From contig JAZDHK010000006.1 of assembly GCA_043806035.1 (NCBI GenBank), positions 1 to 16,092 on the forward strand: a stretch of DNA of 16,092 nt, written 5' to 3'. Source of the DNA: an archaeon. Lineage in GTDB: Archaea; Nanobdellota; Nanobdellia; Woesearchaeales; UBA9642. The first letter of the stretch is position 1; every line of letters starts with the position of its first letter. The notes under the pieces were generated by a model that ran no database searches, was not told the DNA's origin, and saw nothing but the letters and a program-made list of their open reading frames with translations. Positions 14,790-16,092 of the stretch are shown here, piece by piece. The position numbers and the translations under genes were made by a program.

Positions 14790-15802
14790 GCTCTCACCCG
14801 TCTCCTTCTGGCTTTCACCGGCGGTGTCTCGAGCAGGAGCACATCATGCACCCCCGTCAGCTCTTGCACGCTCGTTGATAGTGCAATCTCGTTTCCAGAA
14901 ACGAAGTCGTACTTGCGTTCCTGCGTGGGCAGTAACTTCATACTGTAGCCTGCGTTAAGAGGAACGGAATTAAGACCGTAGCTCATGAGCAACGTGCTGT
15001 ACAAGTGAATCATCTCCTCGACAATCTGCCGCTCATCTCCTTTCTGCAATCCAGAAAAGCCAGGGATGAAGCCTGCATATTCCATCTCGAGCTGCACCTG
15101 TCTCCCCTCTCTACCATCAAGCAATTTTGCGTCACTCACCGTGCATCCATATTCCCTGCCTGTGTTGAGGTTGAGCAGGAAGAAATCACCCTTCGTCTTC
15201 TCGATCGTCCCTGCACGAGTGAGTTTGCCATCCTGGTTGAGACGAAGGATGGCTTGAGCAATTTCGTCGGGCGTCGTGGGAATCCTGGTCTCGTACCGTT
15301 TGAGGATGAACTGCTCGAGCGGCAAACCATACGAAAAAGGCTCGACGTGACCCTTCTCCTTCTTATAATAATTCCCTCCTTTGCAGATGATAACCAGTCT
15401 TTCTTCACCCTCTGTCGTGCCGTAGAACGTGTTCGTCCCTGTCGAGATGGCATTCACGGGATCCTTGAGAAACGTGCATCCTTTTGTCGGCTGCAAGTCG
15501 AGGCCGTCGAGAATCTGTTCTATCGTCGGCTCTTTGCCCTGCCCGGTAAGCTGGATGGCGAATTTTGCCTCGAGCTCATACTCGTCGCACTCTTTCGGGG
15601 CGGTCTTGAGATTTTGGTAGTCGTGCAGTTTTTTTATGAATCCCTGCTCATTGCCGTCAGCGACAAGCCCCTGATAGGCAGTGATGAGCACGCTTTTGTC
15701 CTGGCTCTTCAGGAATTCCCTGAATGCCTTCTTCAAGTCAGTGCTTTTGCTGCTCTGCCGCGATGTATACGTGTACCTATCCGAGTCATAACATCCACCC
15801 AT
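14786..15802 (-). CDS. CYTH-like (triphosphate tunnel metalloenzyme) protein with N-terminal extension (338 aa)
   Basis: ExExK signature YELEAKF, followed by KEKG, KRYE, IEKTK, QLEMEY and C-terminal RKY in the order expected for the CYTH tunnel. GAGGTG SD. Confidence 0.75.
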   Translation of the reverse strand: MGGCYDSDRYTYTSRQSSKSTDLKKAFREFLKSQDKSVLITAYQGLVADGNEQGFIKKLHDYQNLKTAPKECDEYELEAKFAIQLTGQGKEPTIEQILDGLDLQPTKGCTFLKDPVNAISTGTNTFYGTTEGEERLVIICKGGNYYKKEKGHVEPFSYGLPLEQFILKRYETRIPTTPDEIAQAILRLNQDGKLTRAGTIEKTKGDFFLLNLNTGREYGCTVSDAKLLDGREGRQVQLEMEYAGFIPGFSGLQKGDERQIVEEMIHLYSTLLMSYGLNSVPLNAGYSMKLLPTQERKYDFVSGNEIALSTSVQELTGVHDVLLLETPPVKARRRRVRA

Positions 15803-15821
15803 GCTTACACCTCAATTACGT

Positions 15822-16034
15822 TCATTCTTGATAATAAGGACAGCGTGATGCGCCGTAAGGACATTCCTTCTTTCCTCGTGGCAAGATGAGAGGGTCGTCA
15901 TCATCAAAATAGTCATGGCAACCAATCCCTCCACGATCATCTCGAGGAGGAACAGCAATAACGTCCACAGAATCCATACCCCAAACACCGATGCCACCGT
16001 GCATGCAGTTCCTGCAATCATCGTCTATGCTCAT
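15822..16034 (-). CDS. Small Cys-rich, putative metal-binding protein (70 aa; start uncertain)
   Basis: CxxC...C...Cx6C pattern. The gene ends 19 nt before the CYTH start, leaving room for its SD. A TATA-like CGCAAAG-TATTAT lies about 26 nt upstream of ATG 16034. The frame stays open to the window edge, so the gene could be longer. Confidence 0.55.
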   Translation of the reverse strand: MSIDDDCRNCMHGGIGVWGMDSVDVIAVPPRDDRGGIGCHDYFDDDDPLILPRGKKECPYGASRCPYYQE

Positions 16035-16092
16035 GCACTTCATCAGGTGTTGTAAACGACATAATACTTTGCGAACAAAAAGTACAACACGA

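Noticed and set aside
10489-15802. Known CBASS, Pycsar or Thoeris defence system
   Set aside because: No CD-NTase, class III cyclase, TIR, SIR2 or recognisable effector domain was seen.
15005-15889. 294-aa + strand ORF
   Set aside because: Antisense to the CYTH gene, with no motifs or SD.
15812-16021. 69-aa hydrophobic ORF in an alternative minus frame
   Set aside because: It runs into the CYTH SD region and competes with the Cys-patterned frame, which fits the promoter spacing better. It is not fully excluded.
1-16092. CRISPR arrays, tRNA/rRNA genes, transposases, integrases
   Set aside because: No regularly spaced repeats, cloverleaf signatures or recombinase motifs were seen. Intergenic gaps are short and explained by promoters and terminators.

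Overview
A gene-dense archaeal window, most consistent with a DPANN lineage such as Woesearchaeota or Pacearchaeota. This is inferred from BRE/TATA promoters, GGTGA/GGAGG Shine-Dalgarno sites, leaderless genes, oligo-T terminators and tandem-duplicated Lrp/AsnC regulators. The left part is a minus-strand module of an amphipathic helical protein, a long coiled-coil protein, a conserved hypothetical protein, a classical AAA+ ATPase and a DUF6638-like protein; it continues off the left edge. The middle holds two double-domain Lrp/AsnC regulators flanking two orphan genes. The right part has two convergent cassettes. One encodes an HD/phosphodiesterase-like hydrolase, a minimal IucA/IucC (NIS synthetase-like) enzyme and an atypical NMP kinase, transcribed divergently from an Lrp gene. 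The other encodes a Cys-rich microprotein, a CYTH/triphosphate tunnel protein, a deoxynucleoside kinase-like protein and a TrmB-like regulator. No tRNA, rRNA, CRISPR array or mobile element was seen. All family calls come from motif recognition by eye and memory; no database search was run.
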